Of a DNA stretch of 64,000 nt, positions 1 through 13,180 are shown in pieces. How positions within the stretch are numbered: the first letter of the stretch is position 1; the number at the start of each line of letters is the position of its first letter. Under the pieces are notes generated by a model. The model had not been told where the DNA came from. It did not search any database and saw nothing but the letters and a program-made list of their open reading frames with translations. Source of the stretch: Podarcis muralis (Eukaryota); assembly GCF_964188315.1 (NCBI RefSeq), contig NC_135667.1:25358001-25422000 (forward strand), given 5' to 3'. The position numbers and the translations under genes were made by a program.

Positions 1-289
1 TATCACATGAAAAAAAAATTCTAACGCACAGTTTCACAGTCAGGAGGATAGAGCGAGCAGAGATGTTTACATGAAGGAGTGGGGAAGGCCAGCTGCTGCA
101 GGAAGAACTCCCACATTTGATGCTAACTTTCGAATCCTATTTGGGGTGTTACTGTCCCCATGTTCATTAACTCAGGGACCGTGATGTCCTAAGTAGTCAC
201 CCCCTTCCCCATCTTCATGGAAAGAGTATGATTATCAATAACAATGGAGACATTGAGTGCACAGCTGTACATATGAAGGCATAGCCAAA

Positions 290-531
290 CAGTGGTACCT
301 CTGGTTGCGAATGCCCCTGGTTGCGCACGCTGCAGGTTACGAGCTCCGGTAACCTGGAAGTAGCCGCTCCCAGTTGCAAACTTTGCCCTGGGATGTGAGC
401 GGAAATCTTGTGCTGGAGGCCAGTGCGCAGTGGGAGGTGCACTTTCACTAATGGTGCCTCATGTTACGAGTGGTTTCCGGTTACGAACGGACCTCCGGAA
501 CGGTTTCTGTTCGTAACCAGAGGTACCACTG
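290..531. mobile_element. Tc1/mariner (Tigger-like) MITE
   Basis: TIRs CAGTGGTACCTCTGGTT ... AACCAGAGGTACCACTG followed by TA; same family as 6621, 22651 and 33754. Confidence 0.8.
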
Positions 532-636
532 TAAATTGTTACACACTTAACATCAAGACTATGAAGCAGGACTATGTTTGTTTTCCCATATAGATGGACA
601 CATAGGAACACAGAAAGCCTGTCATATCAGGGCATA

Positions 637-1130
637 TGTCAGGAACAGGTCAGCAACAACTCACAAGGTGTCAGTGAAGTTAACTATTTATTCAAAGAAA
701 CAAAACAGCTCAGGCATATAGAGCACAATTCTTCTCAGTAGATCCTACCCCAATGAGGCAGTTGCCAGGACCAAAAGTTCCTGCCTTCCTACAGTTCTCT
801 AAGTCTCCTCCTCTCCTGGGGCCTTCCCAATCTGTATGTTTCTGCTCCACCGTCTTCATACCTTTGTGGGTTCTGGGAGACCAGGGGGGAGGCCACAGCA
901 GCTGGTAGAGACCCCCTGACTTCTTCAGCAGCCTGCCTCTTGTGTCCCCCCCTCCTCTTCAGCCTCTGATTCTGAACTGCTCTCTGCCACAGCCTCTTCC
1001 TGCTCACAACACTATTACCTCTTCAGTTTCTGATACCTCCTTCTCCCCAGTCTGCTCCCTCTTGTCCCTATGACTACTCATTGTCATCTCTCCACCAATC
1101 TCCTGGCTCTACGCCTTCTTCTCTTTTGGA
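637..1130 (-). mobile_element. possible LTR-like remnant
   Basis: Starts TGTCAGG, has a minus-strand AATAAA about 50 bp inside and a CT-rich body; the other end was not identified. Confidence 0.25.
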
Positions 1131-1234
1131 TTTCTTTGGAGGCTCCCTAGCTGGCTCTTTCCACTACTCCTCTGAATCCAGCAGTAGCTTAGTGCAAGGT
1201 TCCCTCAACAAATTGATGGAGTGTTGTCTGCTCT

Positions 1235-1955
1235 TGGTGGGGTTACACTCCCTCTGAAGGCCTGGGTATGCAGCTTGGAGGTACTTATGGATCCATTGAA
1301 TGTCGCTTGAAGCTCAGGTGGTCTCACTGGCACAGAGTGCCTTCCATCAGCTTCAGCCAAATTGCACCCCTATCTGGACAGGGATAGCCTAACTTCTGTT
1401 GTCTATGCTTTGGTAACCTCTAGGTTAGATTGCTGCAACTCATTATATTTGGAGCTGCTTCTGAAGATGGTCCAGAAACTTCAGCTGGTGCAGAATTAAG
1501 CTGCCAGGTTGCTTGCTGGGGCACAACATTTTGAACATATTGCATCAATCATGGCCTGACTGTAGTGGCTGCCAATTAGTTTATGGGGCCAAATTAAATC
1601 ACCGCTTTTGACCTATAAAGCCTTCAGTCTCTCAGGACCACAGTACCTGAAGGACTGCCTCTCCTGCAATAATATTCTGGGGCCCTTCTTCCTGTGTCCC
1701 CTCCACGAGGTCCAGAGGGTGTGGCTCCTTGTTTGTGGAATGCTCTCCCAAGGGAGGCTCATCTGACACCTTCATTACATATCTTTGGGTGCCAGGCAAA
1801 ACCATTCCTCTTTTACCAGGCCTTTGACTGATTAAACCATCTATGGCATTTAAAATATGACTGTGTGTGTCGGGGGGTTGTTGTTGTTAATTTTGTGTTT
1901 TTATACTGTGAACCTCCATGCAAAGTGAGGGGGGGTATATAAATTTAATTAAAAA
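1235..1955 (+). mobile_element. degenerate L2-clade LINE 3' end (RT C-terminus plus tail)
   Basis: Decayed RT C-terminal motifs (VYALVTSRLDCCNSL, KLQLVQN.AARLL, WLPI) ending in an A-rich tail. Confidence 0.7.
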
Positions 1956-2904
1956 ATAACTTTATGGTCAAATATTGCTGGCTGCTCTGGGTTGGAGGTA
2001 GAGAAGCAGAACACAAACTATCTTTTATTTTACCACTGAAATGCGCACAGCAACACTGACATAGTGTGTTAATTTGTGTAAATTTCAGCCATGCAGAAGA
2101 GGTTTGTTTTGGCCATGTGACAGGAAGCAGAGATGTAATCACTGTGACTCAGAGTGCCATTCCTTTGAGTGCTGAGATGCCTGATTACATTTTAAATGAT
2201 GACATAGTGTCCTTGTAGAAAAGCAGAAATTCACCGCATGTGTATGTCCATTGCCGGACACAGAGAGAAGCATATTTCACACAAAACCGATATCCTTTTT
2301 TTGTCTAATGTTTGTCAGTGCTAGGATATTTTTTTTAAAGCAGCATCCCTGCTTAGAGATGCATTTTGTCTTAGGGAAAAAAAGTTTCTTTGCTAACAGC
2401 TTCCTGTGGGCCCCATTAGAGTTACAGAAATGTCACATTGTATGTTGCTTTAGTATCTCAGGAGATTAATCAAAATCTCAGCATTTCTGGTCCACTGGGC
2501 TTGAAGCTGAATTAGTCACTGTGGACCCAATCATTGCTGCCCAGAGTCAAAATTCTCAGAAGTATTATTAGGGAACAAGGAATTTACAAGAAAAATCATC
2601 TGGGGAGATACATCTCATTAACTTCTAGGTAGCTGCCCTTGGGTGATTAATTGCACAAGTTTCATTTTTAGAAAGAAGTTGCAATTAAAGGCACACTGTG
2701 TAATGAAACAAAGTGTAATGATTTTATAGGTTGACACTGTTTACGGCTTTTTTTTGTAGGAAATATGGCTAGACTGAGGTGCTCTTTCAGTCTAGAGATT
2801 ATTTTTTTGCAGTCCATCTCAGTTTGAAAAACCAGATATGTGCTTTGAAGTGCTGGCACTTAAGTTAGCCAGACATCAGAAGAATAATGCTCTTGGACAT
2901 TGCA

Positions 2905-3065
2905 TCTATTTTATTTTATTTTTAATTTTTATTTACCGGTATACCCCATCCTTCCCAGTTTAAAAACCAGGCTCAGGGCGGCTAACAGCAAATATAAAAC
3001 ATTGATTAAAATGCTACTTAAAAACAGCATAAAACAGCATAAAATACAACATAAAATGCAGCATC
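2905..3065 (-). mobile_element. L2/CR1-type LINE 3' tail fragment
   Basis: (TTTTA)n tail plus GGCTCAGGGCGGCTAACA motif and AAAAC-rich tract typical of squamate LINE tails. Confidence 0.45.
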
Positions 3066-3486
3066 AATATCAATGAAATTCAAAAATTCAGGGGTCATTT
3101 TTTCTTTTTTTTGGGGGGGGGGGGGAAGAAGTATATTCAGCATTGAAAACAATAATATAGCCAGAACAACAGCATAGCCTAAGGCTGCAACCCTAAACAA
3201 ACTCACTAGAGTGTAGTCTCCACTAAACACACACAAACATACTTCTCAGTAAACACACATAATAAGACTGTGCTAGCACTCACGGTAGGACATCCAGTCA
3301 ATGTGACTTGCCTCCAACTGAACTGCTCATTGATGTGAAAGTAAGAGCAAAGTTCCTCCTATATCCTAGGAGTATGGTATACATTTTTGATGCAGATTAT
3401 TATTATTTTCTTAATGTAGACACAGAGATTTTTGACCAGAGCTGAATCTTGCAAAACTGATGTCTAATGAAAAATATGCACAGTAT

Positions 3487-4280
3487 AGCATGTTCTCCTT
3501 CATGGAGAGCACGTGTTGCAGTGAGGGCTGCCAGGACACTCCAAAGTTGGGGGTGGGCTAATTGATCGTTGGCTACTGATGTGATTGGGGCTTCCCTTGT
3601 TGTTGGGAAGAAGTTAATGTTGCCATTTGTTGACAGCCAGAAATGCTAAAACTCCTTGCACGAGGCTAGGGCTTCCTCTTTTCTCCCGTGCATCGGATTG
3701 CCCGCCCCCCCTCCCTAGAATTAGGGTTGTTCGCTTTGACCTTGCTATGCCTGTCATGGGGTTGTCTGCTCTTGGGGCAGGGGCCTGGTAGGAATTTTGT
3801 CCATCTGGCTGATTGGCTGGGGCCATTTGGTTTTTGCCTACTGCGTAGCAAATTGTCACACCTTGTAAGGTTGTGGTTAGGCATTGTTTTATGGTTTGGT
3901 TGGTTGAGGGGCATGGATTGGCTGTGCCTGCCCCTCTAATGCTGCTGCTGCAAGGGATTCCGTTAAAGGAATCGGGGGCTAACTATTGCTTGTCCACTCT
4001 GTCAAGGGGGCTCGGCCCATAGCAATGAGCTCCTGGTTGCATTTGGGGAGGGCTGAGGGCAGGTTCCCTGCTCCGTCGCTACCCCCAAGTGTATTCCCCT
4101 TTTCTGACTTTCACATCATTCAGAATGTCAGTCTGTCCCCCATGGTGGGGGCAGATAGTCGCAACCACTCACATTTTTGTATTTTAATAAAGTTGTGGCC
4201 AAAATTATGCCAAAAACCTTAAACAAAAAATTCTGTGTGATGTGTGAGTTATTGGGGTGGCCCTGGGGACCTTGACACGC
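3487..4280 (+). mobile_element. non-autonomous putative tyrosine-recombinase (Ngaro/DIRS-like) retroelement, copy 1
   Basis: 5' AGCATGTTCTCC..GGAGAGCAC hairpin; internal GATTCC-GTTAAA-GGAATC hairpin; AATAAAGTTGTGGCC; 3' end GACACGC-AA; no TSD; clearly similar to 61533-62370. Confidence 0.6.
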
Positions 4281-5394
4281 AAATGAATATGCAAACAGGT
4301 GAACATAAATCTGTTCAGACACACTAAGCAAGATGTAAGCTTAGAAATTCTGACGTTGCTATGTGAGAGTAGTATAACCAGATGGAGGAAAGGTGGGAGA
4401 GGAATTGTTGCAGGTTTTTTCTTCACAGATAGCAAGATAAATACGAGGACAGTAAATGGAAAAGGTTTTTCTTTTTTCTTTGTCAAGGAAGAAAGAAAGA
4501 AAAATGTTAGTCATTATTAATTAGATATTGTTAAGTAATACATTAGACTCAACAGCTTGTGAAACATAAGAATAACAGTCCTTAAAACAACTGACAATTA
4601 AGAAAAACACAAAACCCTACCATTAAAATTCTATATAGCAACATTGGATCAATAGCAGTACAGGAATAAAAATGACCTTTTTTTATAAGGAAAAAAGTTG
4701 GTTTCGGAATAAAAAATGTCTCCATGCTTATCAAAACAAAGCTCGCTGAAGGAGGATATGGGAGGGGATTGACAGATCCCCGTTTTATTCCATTATCAAA
4801 TGCATTAAACTTATCTCCATTTGTCACCTCATTTGGCAGTCATCCTGTCAATGTACTTCATTCAGCAGGCAAAAGCCCACATAACTACTGGTCTAGCTTT
4901 TGTATTTGTGGTCAAACAGGTTGGTCTAGTTTCTGCTCTTTGAAGCAGAATGTAGCATATCAGTATCATTTATTCACTGTTGGATTAGAATCACAGTCCT
5001 GCAGCTACTGAATCTCCTTAAAGATCACAAAACTTAGGTTGTGTCTTCAATAGTTGTTTTATTTCCTGGTCAGTATCTTATGAAAACAGATGATGTAACA
5101 TTCCTGCAATGATCAGTCTCTATTTAAGACCCAAATCAATTTGATTTCCTGGTTTTTGTTTGGGTGTGATGCTAGAAGCTGGTGTTTGAATCCAAGGTAC
5201 ACTATGGACATATATGACAATTAATAGAAGGGTATTTCACAAACCACTCCCTAATTTATCTTGGATAATGGTTGCACTGTATATACTAAAACCATTAAAC
5301 ATATGGGTGGAACAAAAACAAATGAGTGGATCAAAACATAATGTGGATCAGATAAATGTGATGTAAAACGTCTACCAAAAACCCCTGCCCTCTT

Positions 5395-5705
5395 TTCAAA
5401 GATTTAGAGAAGCCGTCCCAGTTTCTGATTTGATCCTGGAATGTCCTGCTTTTTCTTAGTACGTCCCTATTTTCATTGGAGAAATGTTGGAGGGTATGGA
5501 GTTATCCAAGCCTCAAGCCATCTGGAGGCAATCCTGTGTAGGGAAGATTTTATTAAAATGTTTGATATTCTATTGTGTTTTATATGTTGTAAACTTTCCA
5601 GAGTGCTGGCACAACCCAATAAGATGTGTGGGATGTAAATAGTAAAATTATCATTATGGAATGGGACGTCCCTATTTTCATTGGAAAAATGTTGGAGGGT
5701 ATGTG
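5395..5705. repeat. interspersed repeat (hAT-like fragment fused to a LINE tail)
   Basis: GTCCCTATTTTCATTGGAGAAATGTTGG unit occurs twice here and again at 27236-27510. Confidence 0.6.
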
Positions 5706-6620
5706 TTCAATGGTAATGAGACTGGATTCTGCTCTTACCAAATTACATTAAGGGCTTATCATGGATGGAGGTGCTGATAGGTGCACCACCAGGCCATGTG
5801 AACAGACACAGCCCATTTTCATTTTAATTCTCTTCAGTGCAATCCTGTACACCAGTAGTGGGGAGCCTACAACCTATTGGTTTAATTAGGCCCATGAGGC
5901 CTCCCCATTTAGCATACAAGGCTATTTTGGTGAGTGTATGGCCACCTGTCCTTTACTATGATGCTTTATTAAGTGTCACTGGGCTATTATTCCCATTGTC
6001 CCTGAGCATTGTCCATGTTAGCAGGGTCTGTTGGGAGTTACAATCCAATACCATCTGGAAGATATCTAGTTGTAAGGTAGGCTGAGTTGAAAGATAGTGA
6101 CTGGCCCAAGTCTTCCTTGAGAGCTTCATGACAGAATGATGATTTGAATCTCAGACTTCCCAGTTTTGATCACTCTTAAGGCATTACAAAATTCAATGTG
6201 TGGAGGAGATATGTCTGACAGGCCCAGCCCCTCCACCCCTCACATTGTCATTTTTAGTGGCAAGTTGAAGCGCTTCACAGTTTTGGGATTTTGCATGTGT
6301 TTGGACCACTGATTAAAAGGAGGGTTATACACATATTCAGATGAGCATATTTATAAGCTCACTTGAGACCTCACCACTAAATGTGGCAATATCAGGATGA
6401 AGGGAGGGGGACTGTTGTGGTTAGGCTTTTGTAATGCTTGAATATGTCTTTTTAGCACACCAGTGCTGATGGCATTTTCCATGAAAGAACTTGTGAAACA
6501 GTAACCTGTGGCATAGCTTATAATTTTTCTGCTATCTCTACCTATTGGGCTGTACTGCTGAAAACTAGCACCAGAATCTGTCAGCTTATTAAAAATAAAT
6601 GTGAGACATGCTTCCAAGTA

Positions 6621-6862
6621 CAGTGGTACCTCGGGTTACATACACTTCAGGTTACATACGCTTCAGGTTACAGACTCCGCTAACCCAGAAATAGTACCTC
6701 GGGTTAAGAACTTTGCTTCAGGATGAGAACAGAAATCGTGCTCCGGCGGCGCGGCAGCAGTAGGAGGCCCCGTTAGCTAAAGTGGTGCTTCAGGTTAAGA
6801 ACAGTTTCAGGTTAAGAACAGAGCTCCGGAACAAATTAAGTATTTAACCCGAGTTACCACTG
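6621..6862. mobile_element. Tc1/mariner (Tigger-like) MITE
   Basis: TA-CAGTGGTACCTCGGGTTA ... TAACCCGAGTTACCACTG-TA, giving TIRs and a TA TSD. Confidence 0.85.
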
Positions 6863-7686
6863 TAATGTGTTTTGAATCAAGGTGTAATGGTGCTTTCACA
6901 TGGACAGATTTCAAGTTAGAAGAGTTGACCTAGATTGCAGCCTAGGTTCCTGGAAGCAATTCATTTACATACAGTTTGCGACAGCATGAATTCACTGACT
7001 TCTTTCATGAGATCCTTAAGGATCCATTCCATGTCTGACATAGTTCCGGTCTATATTTTATCAGTATATCCAAAATCTCCTGTTAGATAAATGAATGTTC
7101 TTGCCTTTCCAAGATGTGACGTGGGAACACTTATCCACACCAGAAGACATGTGATTTTCAGGAGGGTTGCAACAATGTACATTATCCATGTGAATTCAGA
7201 TCACATCTCGCTGTGCAGTTCTACATTTTATTTAGAAAAAACTCCTGGCAATCAGAAACTTCTAGACAGCTTGGTATGGCTTTATTTTGGAATCAACAAA
7301 TGGGAAGAAGTATTGGCAAAATCAGACTGTATAAACTGATTTAGTGTATGTTGGAAAACCTGATGAAATGTATGAATGAATTTTATTATTTTGGTCACAG
7401 ACCAGTTCCAGCCCACATACAATATCAAGGAAGTCATAAAACACGATAGGGATACATTTGAATTTGCAATTAGGTATAACAGGAACAATACAGATATAGC
7501 AACAGTTAAAAATATATAAATTAAAACTTAGATGAAATGTAATTTTCTGAAACCCACCCTGAAATCATAGAGGCCACATATCAGAACCTCTTAATGTTTT
7601 GGTAGTTTCCAATATATTTTATCATTGCACAAGTTATCACGTGATGCTTGATGGTGAATAGAGAAGGTATCTGAATTTGGTAATTT

Positions 7687-8658
7687 TTAGTTTTGTGATG
7701 GCTTTAGCTTCTCAGTTTGAAAACATTTTGATAACATGGCTGAGTTATGTAAAGCTCTCCTTAAGGTCTTCCTCACTTCCCTGTTTCTAAGGCTGTAGAT
7801 GATTGGATTGAGAAAAGGAGCCACCACTGTGTAGAGGATGGACACCAGCTTGTTGAGATCAAAGGTTCCGATGGCCTTGGGTCGTGCATACATGAATATG
7901 GTGGTGGCATAGAACATAGAAACAACTGCCAGGTGTGAGACACAGGTAGAAAAAGCTTTCCGCTTCCCTTTGACGGAGGGGATTTTTGCAACTGTGCAAA
8001 AGATGCATACGTAAGATGTTCCAGTGACTGCCAGTGAAGTCATGAGGACTGCTAAAGCTGCCACAAAATCCAACATCTCAATGGATGAAGTGTCGGTGCA
8101 TGACAACCTCAACAAAGGTGAGAGGTCACAGAAAAAGTGTCTGATTGTATTTTTCCTGCAAAACTGCAAGTTGGAGATCATCAACACTGATGGAAAGGAA
8201 GCCAGGAAGCCACCTAACCAGGAAACCAGACTCAAGACAGTGAATACTCTGTGATTCATGAGTGTTGCATAATGTAATGGGTAGCAAATGGCCAAATACC
8301 TGTCATAGGCCATAGTTGCCAAGAGAAAGCATTCAGAAGAAGCCAAAGATAAGAAAAAATACAGCTGAGTGATGCAGCCCTCCAAAGTAATTGTCTTCTC
8401 ACCCAACAATAGATTTGATAACAATTTGGGCATTGTTACTGAGACATAGAATATTTCCAAAAGAGAGAGATTTCCTAGGAAGAAGTACATGGGAGTATGA
8501 AGGTGGTTGTTTAGTGAAATGGTCACGATGAGGAGGACATTTTCCAGAAGAGTTAGAAGGTAGATAGTGCTGAAAAATGCAAATAAATATAACTGGTGCT
8601 GTGGAAGTTCAGGGAAACCCATAATTATGAATTCTACATGTGAGGTTTGGTTCCACAT
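7687..8658 (-). CDS. olfactory receptor (class II, OR6/OR11-like), intact, 323 aa
   Basis: Motifs LHTPMYFFL, MAYDRYLAIC, HFFCD, KAFSTCVSHL, PFLNPIIYSLRN; N-glycan site NQT; splice acceptor ttacag 4 nt before the ATG. Confidence 0.95.
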   Translation of the reverse strand: MWNQTSHVEFIIMGFPELPQHQLYLFAFFSTIYLLTLLENVLLIVTISLNNHLHTPMYFFLGNLSLLEIFYVSVTMPKLLSNLLLGEKTITLEGCITQLYFFLSLASSECFLLATMAYDRYLAICYPLHYATLMNHRVFTVLSLVSWLGGFLASFPSVLMISNLQFCRKNTIRHFFCDLSPLLRLSCTDTSSIEMLDFVAALAVLMTSLAVTGTSYVCIFCTVAKIPSVKGKRKAFSTCVSHLAVVSMFYATTIFMYARPKAIGTFDLNKLVSILYTVVAPFLNPIIYSLRNREVRKTLRRALHNSAMLSKCFQTEKLKPSQN

Positions 8659-11600
8659 TCTTCTGTAAGTTAATTGCTGCTTCCGCTGTTAATAAAAACA
8701 GAGCATGCTAAGCACAATTCTTGGGGGGGACGACAGTCAGTGAAATTGATTCATACAAAGTGACATCAGTCATATCAATAAATCCACTTATACTAGTAAT
8801 TATGGCATAGTCTGAAAAAACAATCTGGAAAGTCTGAAATCAGTAACGGGGCAAATCAGATGAAAAGTAGATCAGCAGCTAATAAAATAGTCACAAGATT
8901 CTTACTCATGTGATTATTCACAATTTCAATTTCAATGACTTTTAAAAATGTGTGCATAGATTTATTCAGCCTTTGCTATTGTTCTTCAGTTCAGGAGAGC
9001 ATCTGTTGCTCATTTTGAACATCTTACTTGCATTTACTAGTGGCTTGTAATTTTGATTGTGTGCTGAAGGTCCATTTCCTGGTCTGAGATTAAAATTTCT
9101 TCCCTCCTCACTGCAGCCTCAAAAAATCTGCTCTGGAAGGTTGGGGGACCTTCAGGACCAGATTTTGGAATGTGCATGAGAAGCTGGAGGAAGGGGAAGA
9201 GAAACCTGAACTTGCATTGCAAACACTAATTTCTGTTGTGGAGCTGGGAAGACAGCATTGGATGCCATACATAGTACAGGACTGTCAAAATACACTTCAG
9301 GTTTTATTCTAGTTGAAATGTGATTGTGAGTCTAGCATCCGGAGAGTGATATCTGACTTTCAATTTACGGTATATACCTTCAATTAATAATAAAACCAAT
9401 TCAAGCTATTCTCTATGGTTTTCAAGATTGAGAGCTAAACCATAACCTTCTAAAAAGGTAATAAATGTTACCAAAATACTCCAATTTGGAATACAGTCAA
9501 ATGCTAATTTGGAATACAGTCAAATACCATGACAAATAGGAATTTCCCAATTGACCTCTATGTAATATAAGGTTACACTTAAAAGTATGTGATACCTACA
9601 TGAAATAAAAATGATGACCTCACTGCTGTCACTGACCTGTTCAAATGCAGACAGCTAGTGGAGGAGGAAGAAAAAGAAGCTGAGGCTATCAAGTTCCAAT
9701 GAAACTGGATTTGGAAACAATAACACATGCATAATCAGGTTGTCAGTTTCTGTAATATCTCTTCATATCCTTATAACACAACTCTGAATATATATTTTTT
9801 TAAAAAAATCATTGGTCTGTTTCAGCCAAATTTATGGTCACATCCACACAATACATTTACTGTATAACATTTGCGAAACATTGCCAGGTATGACATCTCC
9901 TAAAATATCTTAGGAATTGTAATTTGTTAAGGGTGCTGGGAACTGTAGCTCTGTGAGGGGTCCCACAGCAACTCACAGCACCTTTAACAAACTACAGCTC
10001 CAATGATTCTTTGGGGGAAGCCATCCCTGTTAAAGTGACAGGAGAGTGCTTTAAATGTATAGTGTGAATGTGAACTGCCTTCAAATTGAGTTAATGCACC
10101 CTACTAAATTTGGCTGGAGCATGTGCTGCTTCAATGTATCTAGAACCCTGAGACTTAAATCTTGTACACACTTACCTGAGAGTAAGACCCATTGGATTCA
10201 GCAATGCCTACTTTTGAACAGACACGATTACATTGCACATCTTCATTTTAACTAGTTATTGGATTGCAATAGTTCTGGAGAAGGTAGACCTTTCAATGGC
10301 CCATTCTCCATGCTTTCTAACGGCAACTGTAAAAAAAGAAGGAAATCCATACTTGGATGGTTCTAAAGTTCTTATTGAAGCACTTCTACATCTGTCCTCT
10401 TTCAAGGTGATGAGAAGCTCAGATGTGAGGGATGCAATTTTTCAAAGGAGTCAAACAAGAAATCCTAAATGAGTAGAACCCTGGAGCTTTAACTTCTCAT
10501 AGCCTAAGAGATTTCCTTCTTATGGCTTTGCTTAGTCACAAATCCCACCTCTGTCCTATTACGTTAATAAGTTTATGGAATGCTAGGAGATCCACTTAGA
10601 ATGTGGTTAATGATAGCAACAAGGTGTCTTTCTCTCTCCTCCACCTTCCTTCTCCTCTCTCCCAGTTACCATACATTTGCCTCTCTACTGAACTGATAAA
10701 ACACATTTAACAATATTTTGAAAGGCGGCACTTTATTGAAATCAGTGGGATTTAGCTTTCTTTTCTTCATTTGCTGACTGACCTTGGCTTGGCTACAGTA
10801 CCCTAGGTCTCCAACAACAACAAAATTCTCAAAAAGCATATAATAGGGAGAAATGTGCTTTAAAATGCATAGATTAGTTGAGACAACATGCAAAAATGCA
10901 TTCTGTTATTGGAAATTGCTTGCACAATGGTTTATATAAGGAGAAATGTGCACTAAAGAACCACATTTTGTAACTGGTCCAAAGACACCCAGAGGTTGGC
11001 TGAGTGATGGCTTGAATCTAGGTCTCCCCACTGGGTCCTCTTCCCAATGTACTATGTTTCAGTTTGTAGCGAGGTGTTTCTCAACTAAGCCACCATTGTA
11101 GAATCACCACAGCAGTATGAGGGTATGTTCTGAAGAATGCATCAACATGGCACCCACAGAGACCAGGGTGCCCCCCCAGTATGGCACCTGCAAGTGTTCT
11201 AAATATATATCCTTTCAAAAAAACATAGTGTATCAGAGATTATTAGCTCTTCCTGTTCAGATCTTGTTGGCACTGGTTCAACTTTTCCTTTATTAAACAT
11301 ACCCTCTCAGGCAGTCCCATGCTTCATTTGATATGAGGAATGAATATGCACCCTCCACCCCATTCTGAAGAAAGGGAAGCTGCAAAAAACTTTTCTTCAT
11401 GAATGACTGCAGTGGTGACTTATATAGATGCACCCCTCCCCCACAATTGATGGAGGAAGGTGATGGATGCATGCCTATACCTGTCTCTTTTTCTGCTCTT
11501 TTAATTGTGGCATCAATTTCATGTTATGCCATGAAATCATGGCAGCCATTTTGTGTTGTGCCATGACCACACAATAGTCCTTTTGTGACTGGTTCCCATA

Positions 11601-12805
11601 GCACCTCCTCAAAATTCCAATGTGCCCACTGGCTCAAAAAAAGTTGGCAACCCCTGGTCTGAAGGCACTAGAGGGAAGGGGAGAGAGCCAAGATACTTCC
11701 AGCCTCCTAGTAGGGTAGACTCACATTTTGAAAGTGCTCCCCTCCCCTCCCCTCCCCCTCCTCTCCTACTGGGTCCTGCAGGCTCTGAAAACACCATAAC
11801 TCAAAAATGCCCTCCACCATCAATGTTTGTTTCACCCCCCCCCCTTGTCTTCCTCTCTGCATAACATATTTATGGACGGCACAGAAGATGAGAAGCCAAG
11901 CTACTATTAAAGGGGCCATGGACAAAATTGCAGCTACACTAAAACTGCAAGCCCCTTTAAGAGCAGCTTAAATTGGGACTTTTTGTGGCAGTGATAGCTT
12001 AATTGTTTCTGTGGCAGTCCCAGCAATTTTGGGGCATTTGGAGGGTATGTGCTATTACCAATGGAGAGATAAGGAAATAGTAGCAGCAACAGTAGTTCAG
12101 TAAAAATGTACATGAAGCTTGAAGCGTCCGTACATAATGCATATTAAACCATTTAAATGTTTATTCATATTCTGTTGACCTTCATGTTAAACACAATTAA
12201 GGAGAAGCAATGATAAGTTTACTGCTTTGTTTTAGTTTCTTTCAGTTTCTCCTCATTGATCCACAGAGGGACATGGTATGAGTCTGAGATGTTTGCCTTC
12301 TTCTGAAAAGTCAATTTACCGTTCCAGTGGCAATGAGAGTTGTGGACTGGTGCAGTCATGGGGGAGTCGGGAGGGAAACTTCCTGTTCCCACACAACCAA
12401 TGGACAATGTAATCTCCTCCATCATTTGCAGGGGTTGTCGGGACTTGCCCGTGAATTGACCAATCATGGGCGAGCTAAGGGGCTGGACTTTTGAAGTGGA
12501 CCTGAGTGAAATCTGACCCTGCCTTAGATCAGCCTCCATTTTATTTGAACTGGGTGTGCTTGCACTCAGAAGTGTGGTAGGCTTTATTACTTCTTCCTAT
12601 GCTCCAACCCCAACAATTTCGGGCTCACTGCACTTGGGGCCATAATGCACATTCTTGGGGCTCTCCTACACCTGTTGAAATCAGAGAATGTAGCATTATT
12701 TAGGGGGAAGGACAACCCTGTATTGAGAACAATTTCTGAAACAATGTTAGATATAAAATTATTTTCCTCGGATATTTGGAATTGGGTCAAAGGGATGCTT
12801 TTGTT

Positions 12806-12943
12806 CAGGCATAGGCAAACTCCGAACCTCCAGATGTTTTGGAACTACAATCCCCATCATCCCTAGCTAACAGGACCAGTGGTCAGGGATGATGGGAATT
12901 GTAGTCTCAAAACATCTGGAGGGCTGGAGTTTGCCTATGCCTA
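12806..12943. mobile_element. hAT-type palindromic MITE
   Basis: CAGGCATAGGCAAAC ... GTTTGCCTATGCCTA TIRs; near-palindromic body; imperfect 8-bp TSD cttttgtt/ctttagtc. Confidence 0.75.
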
Positions 12944-13180
12944 CTTTAGTCCCTTTGAAATGAAATTCACTTGATGTGAATTTGAGAGATTTAAGCTTCT
13001 GTTTAATACTTCCACCTTTAGTAAATGGATGAGGATGATAAAGAATGGTGGTGACAGAGAGCAGTGAGAATAGGGAAGGACACTGTAGCAATTCAGAAGT
13101 CCTACATCAAATGCACAGATGATTCTGTGCACTGCCAGGAAATGTCCCATGCACCATGCAAATGACACATATACAGAACA

